Below are positions 9,494 through 20,131 of a stretch of DNA of 32,000 nt, one piece after another. Origin of the DNA: Candidatus Saccharimonadota bacterium (GTDB lineage Bacteria; Patescibacteriota; Gracilibacteria; BD1-5; UBA2023). The notes beneath the pieces are model-generated. The model was not told the origin of the DNA and made no database searches. It saw only the letters and a list, made by a program, of their open reading frames with translations. The stretch is from assembly GCA_046350815.1 (NCBI GenBank), contig JAXLZO010000001.1, positions 1 through 32,000 on the forward strand. Reading direction: 5' to 3'. Position numbers and translations under genes: made by a program. Every line of letters starts with the position of its first letter. Position 1 is the first letter of the stretch.

Positions 9494-10465
9494 ATGATTG
9501 AAATGTTTCCTATACCGGGTTTCTGATGAATGCAAGTGGTAGGGAATTTTCTCTCCTTTGAGATTTATGTATTCATTTTTGTATGCGTAAGTCTTTTTTT
9601 ATTTCTCAAAGCACACACCTACAAAGATATCCTCTTCGCAGTCATTGCGGTCGGACTGTATAAATATCTCACGCTTTCACTCTTTGGAAATTCTACCTGT
9701 ATGTGTTCTGGGAACACCTATCCAGACGTAAGCGTGATCAATATTTTTATTGGCATGCTCGATGTAGGAACACTACTAATTGCAAAGTACCTGAGCGAAC
9801 GATGCAAGATGAATAGAAAATATCGTTTTACTTTGCTTCTCCTCCTTACGTACTTTATCTTTCTCGTCAATGAGATGATCATACAATCCATGGGGATCAG
9901 ATCATACACAGAAGATATCTCCAATCTTCTTTCACAGAGTACATTTTTGATGCTCCCAATTGAGAATATACCCTATATTCTGGCGGTTGCATTTTATACA
10001 GTTGGCATATACAGTTTTCTCGAGAAAGTGGACCAAGCAAAGACGAAAAACGTACCACAATCATCTTTCACAAAAACACTCTGAATATCGATTATATCAG
10101 TATTCGCACTCCAAATCATCGTACATCCTATTTTCTTGGATACGTGACTTCCTGAATTTACGTACTTGTATCAAGATATTAACTGGCTTGTGACGATCCT
10201 CTGGTCACTTGCGATCGCAACCATTCTGACACTCATAGGAAAAGGAAGATTTGATATTTACCAAGACTTGATCTGTTCATTTTTTGGTATCCTCATCTTC
10301 AATCTCATACTCTTTATCGTTCTTTTTCAAATCGGTATTTTGCGTATCGCTCCAAGTGTGAACGACTATCTCTGGGGTATCAATTTTTTTGGTCTTCCGA
10401 TCGAAGCAATAACAGGACTTACCATTGCCACACTTATAAAAGTACTTTGCATAAAAAGATTTTAA
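9494..10465 (+). CDS. Polytopic membrane protein, possibly two tandem lycopene-cyclase-type domains
   Basis: Track ORFs 9530..10084 and 10166..10465 are in one frame, extended upstream to ATG 9494 through TGA TGA (9524-9529) and joined through TGA at 10082 and 10145. There are two copies of a hydrophobic ...LPIE... motif (FLMLPIENIPYILAVAF and FFGLPIEAITGLTIATL), resembling the PxEE motif of CrtYc/CrtYd-type cyclase domains. Confidence 0.6.
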
Positions 10466-10478
10466 TATCATTGCTCCT

Positions 10479-11327
10479 ATGAAAAACAATTTCTTGCTCG
10501 GGCTCATATCATGAATCATCATCATCCTTGTGTATAAATTCTGATTATTCGGTCTTCTATCAAGCGAAACATCATTCAAAATGAGTGGGGTCGAACCACG
10601 ATATGTGAGCCATTTTCGCTATACTCCTATCTACAAATGAGAAGAACAAGGCACACTATCAACAGGATGAGAGCTCTACAAAGAAAAAATCAAGGCAATG
10701 CTTCCAAAAATTGAATCTCTCTTGGGTAGATCCATGAATAATGAATCAATCCACCTCTCTATAGCAGATCTTGGCAATTTTCCTATTCTCATCAAGGTAT
10801 TGGAAGGTAAAATTACCATTATAGAAACATCCGAAAAAGATTTCTCGCCAAGTATTGTCTTTCGTGTACAAAAGGCAGATATTGACGGATTGGCTTTCTT
10901 TCTCCAAGATTGAAAACTCAATGCGGAAGAGCAGCTGAAAGTTGCCGATGTTATACTTCCTGCAATGACTGAGAGAGTCTATCGAACAAAAAAACTCTAC
11001 AAACATGGAAGTCTCTCCGCATTCTGATTCGATGATCTCATGCAAATCGAGATCAAACACCCAGAAGGCATCAATCGTCTCAGCGTTCCATTGAGTCTTC
11101 GTGTAACAATAGCTAATATCGATGGACAATGGATAGTCACACCATGATTTGTGGGTGATCCTGATGTTCGTTTCTCTCTTAGCCTCGAGGATGCACTCAA
11201 GATATATCAGCTCATCACCATAGATCTTGAAAATGCCGAGACGAAACAAACAGGGATCGCGGTAGGGAAAGATATATTTGCGATTCTCTCAGAGAATCAA
11301 ACCTATGTCAGAAAAGACCATGAATAA
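10479..11327 (+). CDS. Hypothetical membrane-anchored protein
   Basis: ATG at 10479. The TM helix is MKNNFLLGLISGIIIILVYKFGLFGLL. The frame was checked through TGA at 10512, 10542, 10638, 10668 and further TGAs to TAA at 11325-11327. The stop overlaps the next gene's start (ATGAATAA). I preferred this to the 167-aa antisense standard-code ORF 10746..11249. Confidence 0.6.
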
Positions 11328-12120
11328 AAAAGTAGTCGTTATAACAGGATCTTCATGATGACTTGGTCATGCTCTCACAGAGGATTTTCTCCAAAAATGA
11401 TACCATGTAATAGCTGGTGTAAGAGATAAAAAAGAGTTAGAGAGAGAACCTCATGAAAACTATGAAAGGATATCACTCGATGTAACCTCTGCAAAAGATC
11501 GATCAGAACTTCTCCGTCGGATCAAGGCAATCGGAAGACTTGATGTACTCATCAATAATGCTGCCATATCCGGATGGTGAGATTTTTGGAAGAGAGATAT
11601 GAATATTGATCAGAGCGTCTATGAGATCAATCTCTTCTGACCGCTTGAGTTGATGAAAATATGTCACGATTTACTCGAATCGGGTAAATGATCCGTGATT
11701 AATATAAGCTCTATCGCTGGGGTCATTCCAACACCATTTCTCGCTTCATATGGAGCATCGAAGATCGCACTCGAATCACAGACCATCGCTCTCTACCTGG
11801 AGAATCCACACACCAAGATTCGCTATCTCAACCTCAGGCTCTGACCGCTCACAGAGGGTCTCTGTGCAAATAAGATCAACCCATGAGATCATCGCTACAA
11901 AGAATGAGTGAAAACACATATGGAAAAAATCAAACACTTTCATGGATACCCAGTGGGAAAAGTGGCAGAATCCATATTTTCATTTCTTGATTCCGAAAAC
12001 AAATTCTCAACCAAAACACTCGGAACATGGGCAAAGATCATTGTATTTCTTGCAAAGTTTCTCCCACAACCGTGGTACCAGATACGCATCGGAAAATGGT
12101 ACAAAAAAATTTCTTTCTAA
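11320..12120 (+). CDS. Short-chain dehydrogenase/reductase (classical SDR)
   Basis: MNKKVVVITGSS-G-G-LGHAL carries the TGxxxGxG motif, with TGA TGA at 11356-11361. Also present are LINNAAISGWGDF, NLF-G-PLEL, G-SVINISSIAG and the catalytic YGASK. It is in the same frame as track ORF 11908..12120. Stop is TAA. Confidence 0.9.
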
Positions 12121-12123
12121 TCT

Positions 12124-12879
12124 ATGATCGAACTTATTATTATCGGAGCTATTATAGCGATTGCTACGCAACAAAACAAGGGCAATAATGTTGTACAAAG
12201 AAACCAGAGTAATAATATTGTGCAAACCGCAAAACCAATGGGGATTATCTGGAGAACTATTCTCTTTGTGATCATCACGCCAATTCTCATGGGTGCGGTT
12301 TGATTAACTCTTTGTATTGGATTCTTCATAGTGGGCGTATCTGGTGCTGAAGATTTAGCTATGACTCTTTCATGGATTATTATACCACTAGCATTGTGCT
12401 GGATTCTCTATAAAAGCGTTCGAACGACGTTCGCAACAGAAATCGGAAGCGGAACGAAGCAATCATGAATGGAACAATGAGATCAGACAACCTCACCAGA
12501 GAAAAAAAGTATGAACATACTTGAAGATATTCTTCCGGTGACTCCTCAAAATAATATGTCTCCCGAAACTCTTGATCTTATGCAAAGTTTAGAGTCAATG
12601 GATATAGGAAATATCGAATCGGTTGTTTTTCTCGGAGCAAATGGAACCATCTTCTCATCGGAGACAGAGAATATAAAGCGTCTTGTCGTGTATATTACCG
12701 ATAAACTCAAAAAGATCGTGTTTGCCCCAGAAGAATTACGAAAGATCTACCATCATGTTTACAGCTATATTGTCTCCAATCTTCCTCCAACAGAATTTGA
12801 AACACTCTCAAAGAAAATCGAACAATTTGTTCAAGAAGGTGGGGAAGTAAAAATAGTGACACGTAACACATTACTCTAA
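12124..12879 (+). CDS. Hypothetical protein with N-terminal TM helices and a soluble C-terminal domain
   Basis: ATG 12124 is in frame with track ORF 12511..12879. The two parts are joined through TGA at 12301, 12466 and 12478, with no TAA or TAG between them. An internal start at 12511 cannot be excluded. Confidence 0.55.
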
Positions 12880-12883
12880 ACCT

Positions 12884-13039
12884 ATGATCATCATTCTCTT
12901 CATTATTTTCCTGCTTCTTGTCTTCACAGAAAAGTCCAGTACAAGTGGTAAAATCATCCGCGGTATACTCAAATTTATAGGAATCATCATTCTTATGGGA
13001 TTCGCATTCTGTACTCTTGTTCTCCTTGGTTCATTCTAA
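12884..13039 (+). CDS. Small two-TM hydrophobic peptide (51 aa)
   Basis: MIIILFIIFLLLVFTEKSSTSGKIIRGILKFIGIIILMGFAFCTLVLLGSF, ending in TAA at 13037-13039. It fills the gap between neighbouring genes. Confidence 0.35.
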   Translation: MIIILFIIFLLLVFTEKSSTSGKIIRGILKFIGIIILMGFAFCTLVLLGSF

Positions 13040-13062
13040 AACTTCTCTTTTATTAATTCATC

Positions 13063-14178
13063 ATGAATCTCTACAAACTTCCCTGGAGTCAACAAGATAA
13101 CCCGAATGGCTGGATCGAGCCAACTACGTATTGTCAGCTCAAATGTCCTGGCTGCTATCGTGGTCTCGACACGTGAGAAGTTATATTCCAGCATATTCCT
13201 CTCGATGAGATGAAACAACAGGTGGATGATTTTATCACCAAACGGAACGTCCAAACCATTTCGATTGCCTGAGGTGAGCCCCTCATGTATCCGCAGATAT
13301 TCGATTTAGTAGAATATATATCCTCCAAGAAGATTTTCACAAAAATTTATACGAACGGTATATCTCTCAATGAAAAAACTCTTAAGAGAATGAAAGAGGT
13401 GGGGCTCACAGAATTTGTTGTCCACATCGATATGTTTCAGGATCGCCAAGGGTGGATGGGACAAAATGAAACGGAGCTCAATGTACTCAGGCAATCTTTT
13501 GTCGATATGTTTCGCAAGAATCCATGAATCAATCTTGGTTTTATTATGCCGATCGGTGTGAACAATCTGATATATCTCGATGATATTATGCGATTCTATC
13601 GCACAAATATTGATATAATCAATCTCATTGTATTCACGGTATTTCGTGATGTTCACGTGGATAATCTTGCTACTATCGATGCAAAGAAGCTCGCAGAAGA
13701 AATCGCCAAGAGAGTGGATTATAACCCGAGTAGCTATCTTCCAAAGGTTCGAAAACAAGAGGAATATGCCTGGCTTCTTTCAGTGTGATTTGGCAATCCT
13801 TCCCGCTATTTTGGAGATGTGAATGCACATCAATACCAGAGATTTATGGAAGCATACTACAAAAAATGGTGAAAATTCTTCATCACCAAGCGACATATTC
13901 TCATGCGTGGAGTCAATCTCTGCAAACTCTTCGCGGGTATTATCTTCTCCAAGAGCGGTATGAAGATCATCAAAAACTATCTTCTGTCAAAAGAAAAAGC
14001 ATTCTACTACCAGAGTATTCTCATCATCGATCCTCCATCAAAATTTGGTGATTGGTGCGAAGCATGTCCTGATATGATGTACGTAAATGGAAAAATGTTT
14101 CCATCATGTATGGTCAACAAATACAAACCGTTTAAAGATCGATTTCTCAAAAAGAAAAAAGATGTTCCTCATTCGTAG
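13063..14178 (+). CDS. Radical SAM enzyme with a Cys-containing C-terminal extension
   Basis: EPTTYCQLKCPGCYR is the CxxxCxxC cluster. ISIA-G-GEPLMYP is the GGEP motif, with its first Gly as TGA at 13270-13272. The C-terminus reads FGDWCEACPDMMYVNGKMFPSCMV. Track ORFs 13285.., 13546.. and 13903..14178 are in the same frame. Stop is TAG at 14176-14178. Confidence 0.88.
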
Positions 14179-14764
14179 ATCACATATTCATAGTGCCAAT
14201 CTTCTCACATTTCTCGCGATACTCTATGGTCTCTGGGGAAGTATGAACATCACTTATGGAAATATTCATACTGGGATCGCTCTCATGATCGTAGGAGTTT
14301 GGTGTGATATGCTTGATGGATATATTGCGCGCAAATACAAACTGCAATCGCAATTGTGATCCATTCTCGATAGCTTTGCTGATATATTCCTCTATATTCT
14401 TCCAATTATTCTCATACAATGACGACTCTCTTGATATGATCTGATTTCTTGATTCATATTGAGTCTATTTACTCTCGCGTGATGTTTTCGACTCGCCTAT
14501 TTCACAGAATCAGGACTTATTACTAAATGAGGAAAGCTTCATTACCCAGGATTTCCCGTCTATTTGAGTCATATATTCTTCATCCTGCTCCTCATAGGAT
14601 CACCTTCATGATTGAGTCTCTCCTATATCGCCATTTTTTCACTGCTTATGGTGTGTGATTGTAATGTTCCAAAAATAAGCATTTTTCTCGGTATTGTTCT
14701 CCTTGTGATACTTATGGCAACCAATATTCTTTCTTCATTATGAGTATTCTCATCTGGATTCTAA
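14162..14764 (+). CDS. CDP-alcohol phosphatidyltransferase (PssA / archaetidylserine-synthase-sized, 200 aa)
   Basis: CDMLDGYIARKYKLQSQL-G-SILDSFADIF is an exact DGx2ARx8Gx3Dx3D motif, with the central Gly encoded by TGA at 14357-14359. The protein is multi-TM. Stop is TAA at 14762-14764. It overlaps the upstream gene by 17 nt. Confidence 0.88.
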
Positions 14765-15333
14765 TATACAACACTCTCTACATCTTCTGTGAATGTGGAT
14801 ATAGGTTTTTTGAGATGAAAGAATTATGGAGAAAGATTGCTCATATCGGAACAGGTCTCATAACATTTGCTTCAACACATTTTCTCATTCTCTCCGATTA
14901 TATTGTTCTCTTTGGATTCTTTTTCCTTTCTTTTCTTATCATTCGCAAATACCATCTCTTCAGAGTATTTGACGAAAAATGACGATGATTTGGTGATCTC
15001 TATTTTATCATTGGACAGCTTATTGCTATCCTTTTTCTGGAATACAATCGAACCATCACCGAGATATGACTTCTCATACTTACACTCTCTGATGGACTGG
15101 CACCATTTGGAAAATATATTTGGAGTGGGGAAATTATCTTTGGTAAGACCTACGGTTGAAGCCTCTTATTCAGTCTGATAACCCTCTTGATTCTCTCGTA
15201 TTATTTTTGATTTTCATTCACGATTATTCCCATTCTTACACTCGCAATTCTCGCAGAACTCCTGTGATACAAAGGTACAGACAATATTACGATTCCGGCT
15301 GTCGTCTGTATGAGTCTTTTCTTGATATGATAA
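14740..15333 (+). CDS. Polyprenol/phytol/dolichol-kinase-like membrane protein (CTP-transferase-1 superfamily, COG0170-like)
   Basis: Motifs are WRKIAHIGTG, LSDGLAPFGKYIWSGEIIFGKTYGGSLLF (compare gD..A..vG...G..k...KT.EGs) and a C-terminal TDNITIP. About six TM helices. Stop is TAA at 15331-15333. It overlaps both neighbouring genes. Confidence 0.65.
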
Positions 15334-16184
15334 ACTACTTTCTCACTCGCTTCCCGATTCTCCTCATAACATGTACTTCTCTTTCACAGATTCTAGGAAC
15401 ATTTTTTGCACTTCGAATACCTATTAATACCAATATTGTTTGTGTTTTTTTGATATTTTCATTGCTTTTTCTCTTCTTTATTCGAGTCATTGATGACTAC
15501 AAAGATCGTGAACATGATAGCAAACACTACCCCGAGAGAGCGATACAAAGCGGACAGATAAACCTCAAGATCCTTCTAAAAATTGCATTGGTTGGAATAA
15601 TATTCGGACTTTGACTTCTTTGGTATTTTTTCTGACTACTTCCATTCATTTTTGCATCGCTCTGAGTCGCGAATAATCTCCTCGGGATTCTATGATTTTG
15701 ATACGGTCGAGATTATAAATTCAAACATATCTTTTTTTATAGTATTCTCAATGGTCTGAGCCTTGCCTTCATTCAGCTCGCACTCTACAGTGTATCTGAG
15801 ATTCAATCATACGCATATTCATATGCTGGAATACTTTTTTTTCTGATGGTCTATTGTAACAATCATCTCTTCGAGATAGCTCGCAAGATACGATCCAGAC
15901 GAGATGTAAGGCACGGTGATAGTTACATGGAACTTCTTGGAGAACAAACAAATCTTTATCTCCTTACCTCAACCATATTCATCATTACGTTGATCAATGT
16001 TCTCATAAGCGGAGAGATTGGTACCAGCTATCAACTCACGATTCTCTACTGTTTGAGTGCTAGCTTTTTCATCATTCTCCTCTGATGGTTTCAGAAATTA
16101 CAGACCCGAAAACTGAAATACTCTGTTCTCTCTGCCACTATTCTCTTCTATATGATGAGTAATCTCCTCCATTTTTCCCTCTAA
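15327..16184 (+). CDS. UbiA-superfamily aromatic/polyprenyl prenyltransferase
   Basis: The first Asp-rich motif and following loop read IRVIDDYKDREHDSKHYPERAIQSGQI (compare NDxxDxxxD...RPlxxG). About eight TM helices. Six in-frame TGA codons were checked (15612, 15633, 15663, 15693, 15699, 16083). Stop is TAA at 16182-16184. Confidence 0.78.
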
Positions 16185-16189
16185 ATCCC

Positions 16190-18133
16190 ATGAAATATCA
16201 ACGCCTTCATATACTTCAAGAGAAAAATATTCTCACTCCACAATCGTTTCTCTACAATGGAGATTTGGATACATTAGGTTGATGGAAAACAACCTCTGTG
16301 ATCGTACGATCTTCTTATCGCTTCGAAGATGAAAATGATCGATCGTATGCCGGATTTTTCCAATCCATAGGACCAATTGATATACACGATACCAAATCCA
16401 TCACGAAAGCTATTGAGACGATCCGAGAAGATGCAAAATTCAAACTCACATCCATAGGACAATCATATGAAGATTTTGATGTTTTTGTTCAGGAGTATCA
16501 AGAAATAGATGGCGGCGGGGTAATATTCCTCCAAGACGAAAAAATGTTACTCCACTATTCCCACGGATGAAATGGTACGAAAAATATTGTAAATGGAACA
16601 CGACCAGATGCAACTATCTATACACAGCAATCATTTGAATTAGTCAGCGATGAAAACAAATACCTAAAAAGATATAGGAAACATATTCAAAAGACTCTGA
16701 AAAAAATCCAACGAATATTCACGGGAAATTTGGATATTGAATTTGGAATATCTAAATGAAATATCTTCATCTTCCAGGTTCGGCCACTCACAGCACACCC
16801 ATTCACCAATCATGGTATCCTCGATTCCAGTAATATCAGTGAGAATTTTCCGGGAACCGTTTCCAGACTCACTGCAAGCTTTGTAACACATCTCTATAGT
16901 CAGGTCTATCAATCACTCGCACATCATTCTGGGATTTCACTCTCAACGATCGCCCAATGCAATCATATTTTTCAAGATCTTATTGTCTACAAGGATAAGA
17001 AACTCTTTTATAATATCACCAACTGGTACAAGATGCTTTTGCTTTTCCCGGGAGATCACAAAAAATCTTTTGATACGATGATTGGGAGTTCATGAAAGGT
17101 TAACTATGTAATACTCGATGATATGATCGATCTTCTGCCTAGATTTTGTTTTCGAATAAAATACTTTTTTTTAGTTCTCTGGAAGATACCAACTTTTCGA
17201 AGAAATCTGAAGAAACTCGAGAATTACCTTGAAGATTTTTATGCTAAATTCGAGAAAATGAACCTTGAGACGACAACCCTGGGCGAAGTATATTTTTTCT
17301 ACAAACAATTTGAGTCACGACTCAATGCATCGTGGCATCTGACCATTGAAAACGACTTTGTTATTATGAAAATGTGAAAGAATATTGATCTAAGAGCTAT
17401 CAACGGTCTCATAAGTGCCAATCAAATTGAGAGCCTCAGTCGTGTCGCGCATGGAAAAATGACTCTTCAAGAATACAAAAAGATATATGGCGCGCGCCTT
17501 GGTGATGAGCTCAAACTCGAGAATACACAGACAGATAATGATAGTGTACTGATGGACATAATCGCCAAATACCGAGAAAAACCACCGTATGAAAAAGATC
17601 AAAAAACCAGAGAAACTCCTATTTCAGGATTCCTCTCTACATTCATCAAGAATCGTGAACAATTTCGACTCTATCGGGCAAAGAATTTTCACATCACTCG
17701 ATTACTTTTTGTGAGTATGGGGCAAAAATTAAGGGAACTCTGAAGTATTTCAAGAGAAGAAGATATTTTTGATCTCAGTATCCAAGATGTAGGAAGACTC
17801 GTACTTTCGCACCAACCTCTTTTGCAAGAGAATGGAAATAAAATACTCATCGGTAAAGCATTTTCTGGAAGAGCATATGTGATGAAGTCATTCAACAGAG
17901 AGGCTCTTAAATATGATGTGATTGTAGCTGAGAATTTTGATCCTGGCTGGACGAGTCTCCTTGGAAATCTCAAAGGAATTATTATCGAACGTGGCAATCT
18001 TCTTTCACACGTGAGTATTATGTGTCGAGAGCTCAATATTCCACTGCTCATGGGAGCAAAAGAAAGTACACTGCATATACAGACTGGAGATCATATATCC
18101 GTAAATTTTCAAGGAGATGTTGCAAAACTCTAG
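16190..18133 (+). CDS. PEP-utilising enzyme family protein: N-terminal PPDK_N/ATP-grasp domain plus C-terminal swivelling phosphohistidine domain (rifampicin-phosphotransferase-like architecture)
   Basis: Motifs are VIVRSSYRFEDENDRSYAGFFQSI, DIEFGISK-G-NIFIFQVRPLT, NISENFPGTVSRLT and YNITNWYKML. The C-terminal segment DPGWTSLLGNLKGIIIERGNLLSHVSIMCRELNIPLLMG matches the GG..SHaaIvaRE.GiP swivel motif. Track ORFs 16298.., 17123.., 17459.. and 17822.. all share one frame. Stop is TAG at 18131-18133. Confidence 0.85.
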
Positions 18134-19046
18134 TATACACATCAGAAAATATCTCGATCAAATCGAGACAAAGTACAATGCCTTCCGATACCATTCTGAT
18201 CATATCACACTCTCGAGGATAGATGACGTGTGCTTTTCGCACATTGAAAAAGAAATCATCGCAGATGATCGAGGATTTGGAATTCTTTTTTGTGATGATC
18301 GTATCTCATCGGAAGTTGGTTTTATAGGATTTTTCGAACTCTATCAGGTATCAGATAAAATGGACTTCATACAATACCTCATAGAAAAAGCAAAAGAAAA
18401 ATGATACAAACGATTGATCGCACCAGTCAATCTCTCCATCTGGGGGAGTTATCGCTTTTCTCATATATCGAGCAATCCGGCAATATATGGCGAATATCTC
18501 ACGGATCCAGAATATCCGGACATCTTCTTAAAAACTGGCTTTTCCAAATATGAAGGATATACAACAGCATATCGCGAAAGCAATCCATTTATAACCCTGG
18601 ATGAACTGGAGGATAATTTGGAAGTAGATGAAATCCCACAAGAAATACAAGATGAAGTACTCTTTTGACTCTCTTCGAAAATATTCGTATGAGCACCGAA
18701 GATATCAAAGGAAGAATTTGATATATATATGCAAGTATACAAAAAACTCTATACGAAGAATATGCACATATTCTGACTCAGATTCAACGGATCATATATT
18801 GGCTTCGCGAGCACTTTTTATGACGAAAAGAGTTTTATTATAAAAACGATTGGAATACTAGATGTTTATCGTGGAAAATGATATGGAAATCATTTCCTCT
18901 CGCATATTCATTCCTTTTATGAACATCTCAGCATCAAAAAGGCATTCTACCTTTTTATGAGAGAATCCGGGGATGCACTCGACCTCACACACAAAGACGC
19001 CAAATACCATAGAAGTTATTCCACCTATATTTTCCATCTATCCTAA
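18117..19046 (+). CDS. GNAT-family N-acyl/acetyltransferase with an N-terminal extension
   Basis: Track ORFs 18117..18404 and 18414..18668 are in the same frame and continue to TAA at 19044-19046. The acyl-CoA binding motif is DVYRGK-G-YGNHFLSHI (R/QxxGxG), with one Gly as TGA at 18879-18881. Confidence 0.68.
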
Positions 19047-19051
19047 AGAGT

Positions 19052-20131
19052 ATGACGATCACGGACATTCTTGCTATTTTTATCATTCTCGATCTTGCCG
19101 GTATCATTCATATCATTTGTATCAAGAAAGATCTCTTCAAATTTTTGAAAACACCAATATATGAGAAGCTCTTCTGAAAGAATAAAACCTACCGAGGTCT
19201 CATTCTGATGCCACTTCTGTCTGGGATGCTCGGAAGCTCCTATTTTGATTTCTCATTTGCACTGAGCCTTGGTCTTGTATGGATTCTCTGAGAACTTCCG
19301 AATAGTGCTATGAAGCGATTCTTTCATATCAAACCTGGAACATATGCCACAGGTGGATGGATACTCGTACAATATATGGGCGATACGATGGATAGTATTG
19401 TTTTCTTGCTGATCTTTTTAAATATTGTCTTCCCTATTTCTCTCGAAACAAATCTTATACTTCTGATAGCCTGATGTCTCAATCATATCATCATTGATGT
19501 ACTGTGTTATAAAATAGGCATCAAAAAACTCAACTTTGGCAATCCATTAATCATTCTCAATCAAATCATTCTCTGGATATTATTTCGACCATATATATGG
19601 TATTTTGTCACGAAACGATGAACGAACTACACGGTATTTGAGAAGAAAAAATCCAAGATTCTCATATCCAATCACATTAGTCAACTCGATCCATTTCTTA
19701 TCTGTGGCACGCTTCCATTTAACATATTTTTCTCATGCCTCCCATTTCGATTTCTGACATCCAATCAATTTATGGATAAGGTATTTCGATGAAATTTTCT
19801 TCGCATAGTCTGAGGATACAGAGCATATACACTTGATTCACAAGGGAATAATCACAGTTTGCAAATTTCTGAACAATTTCTAAGTCAAAATGAGGCGCTG
19901 ATGATATTTCCGGAATGAGGCATACACTATCGCAAATTCTGAGTGGGTGCCTTTTATCTCAAGGCTCACGTGCCAGAATCCACACTTCTCTGTTTTCATA
20001 TTGCAAAAGATCACCACCACTATAAGATAACCTTCAATGGAAGAGCTGAACTCACCGATCCATCATGAGATCTCATGATCCAAGGCACACAAATATTTCA
20101 AAACTCCTGCTATGAATCTCATGAAAAGTAA
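19052..20131 (+). CDS. Fusion protein: CarS-like (CDP-archaeol synthase / DUF46 family) N-terminal domain plus PlsC/LPLAT acyltransferase C-terminal domain
   Basis: The N-terminal half has LF-G-KNKTYRGLILMPL and LG-ELPNSAMKRFFHIKPG...GDTMDS. These compare with A. fulgidus CarS GDGKTWRG and GDLCGSFIKRRFGYERG...VDQ. The C-terminal half has ISNHISQLDP (HxxxxD) and MIFPE-G-G (FPEG, with TGA at 19916-19918). The whole frame was verified codon by codon. Stop is TAA at 20129-20131. Confidence 0.72.

Noticed and set aside
10746-11249. A 167-aa minus-strand standard-code ORF.
   Set aside because: It is antisense to a continuous code-25 + strand frame (10479-11327). That frame is co-directional with its neighbours, overlaps the SDR start by ATGAATAA, and has ordinary protein-like composition. 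The antisense product is Cys/Phe/Ile-rich with no recognisable motif.
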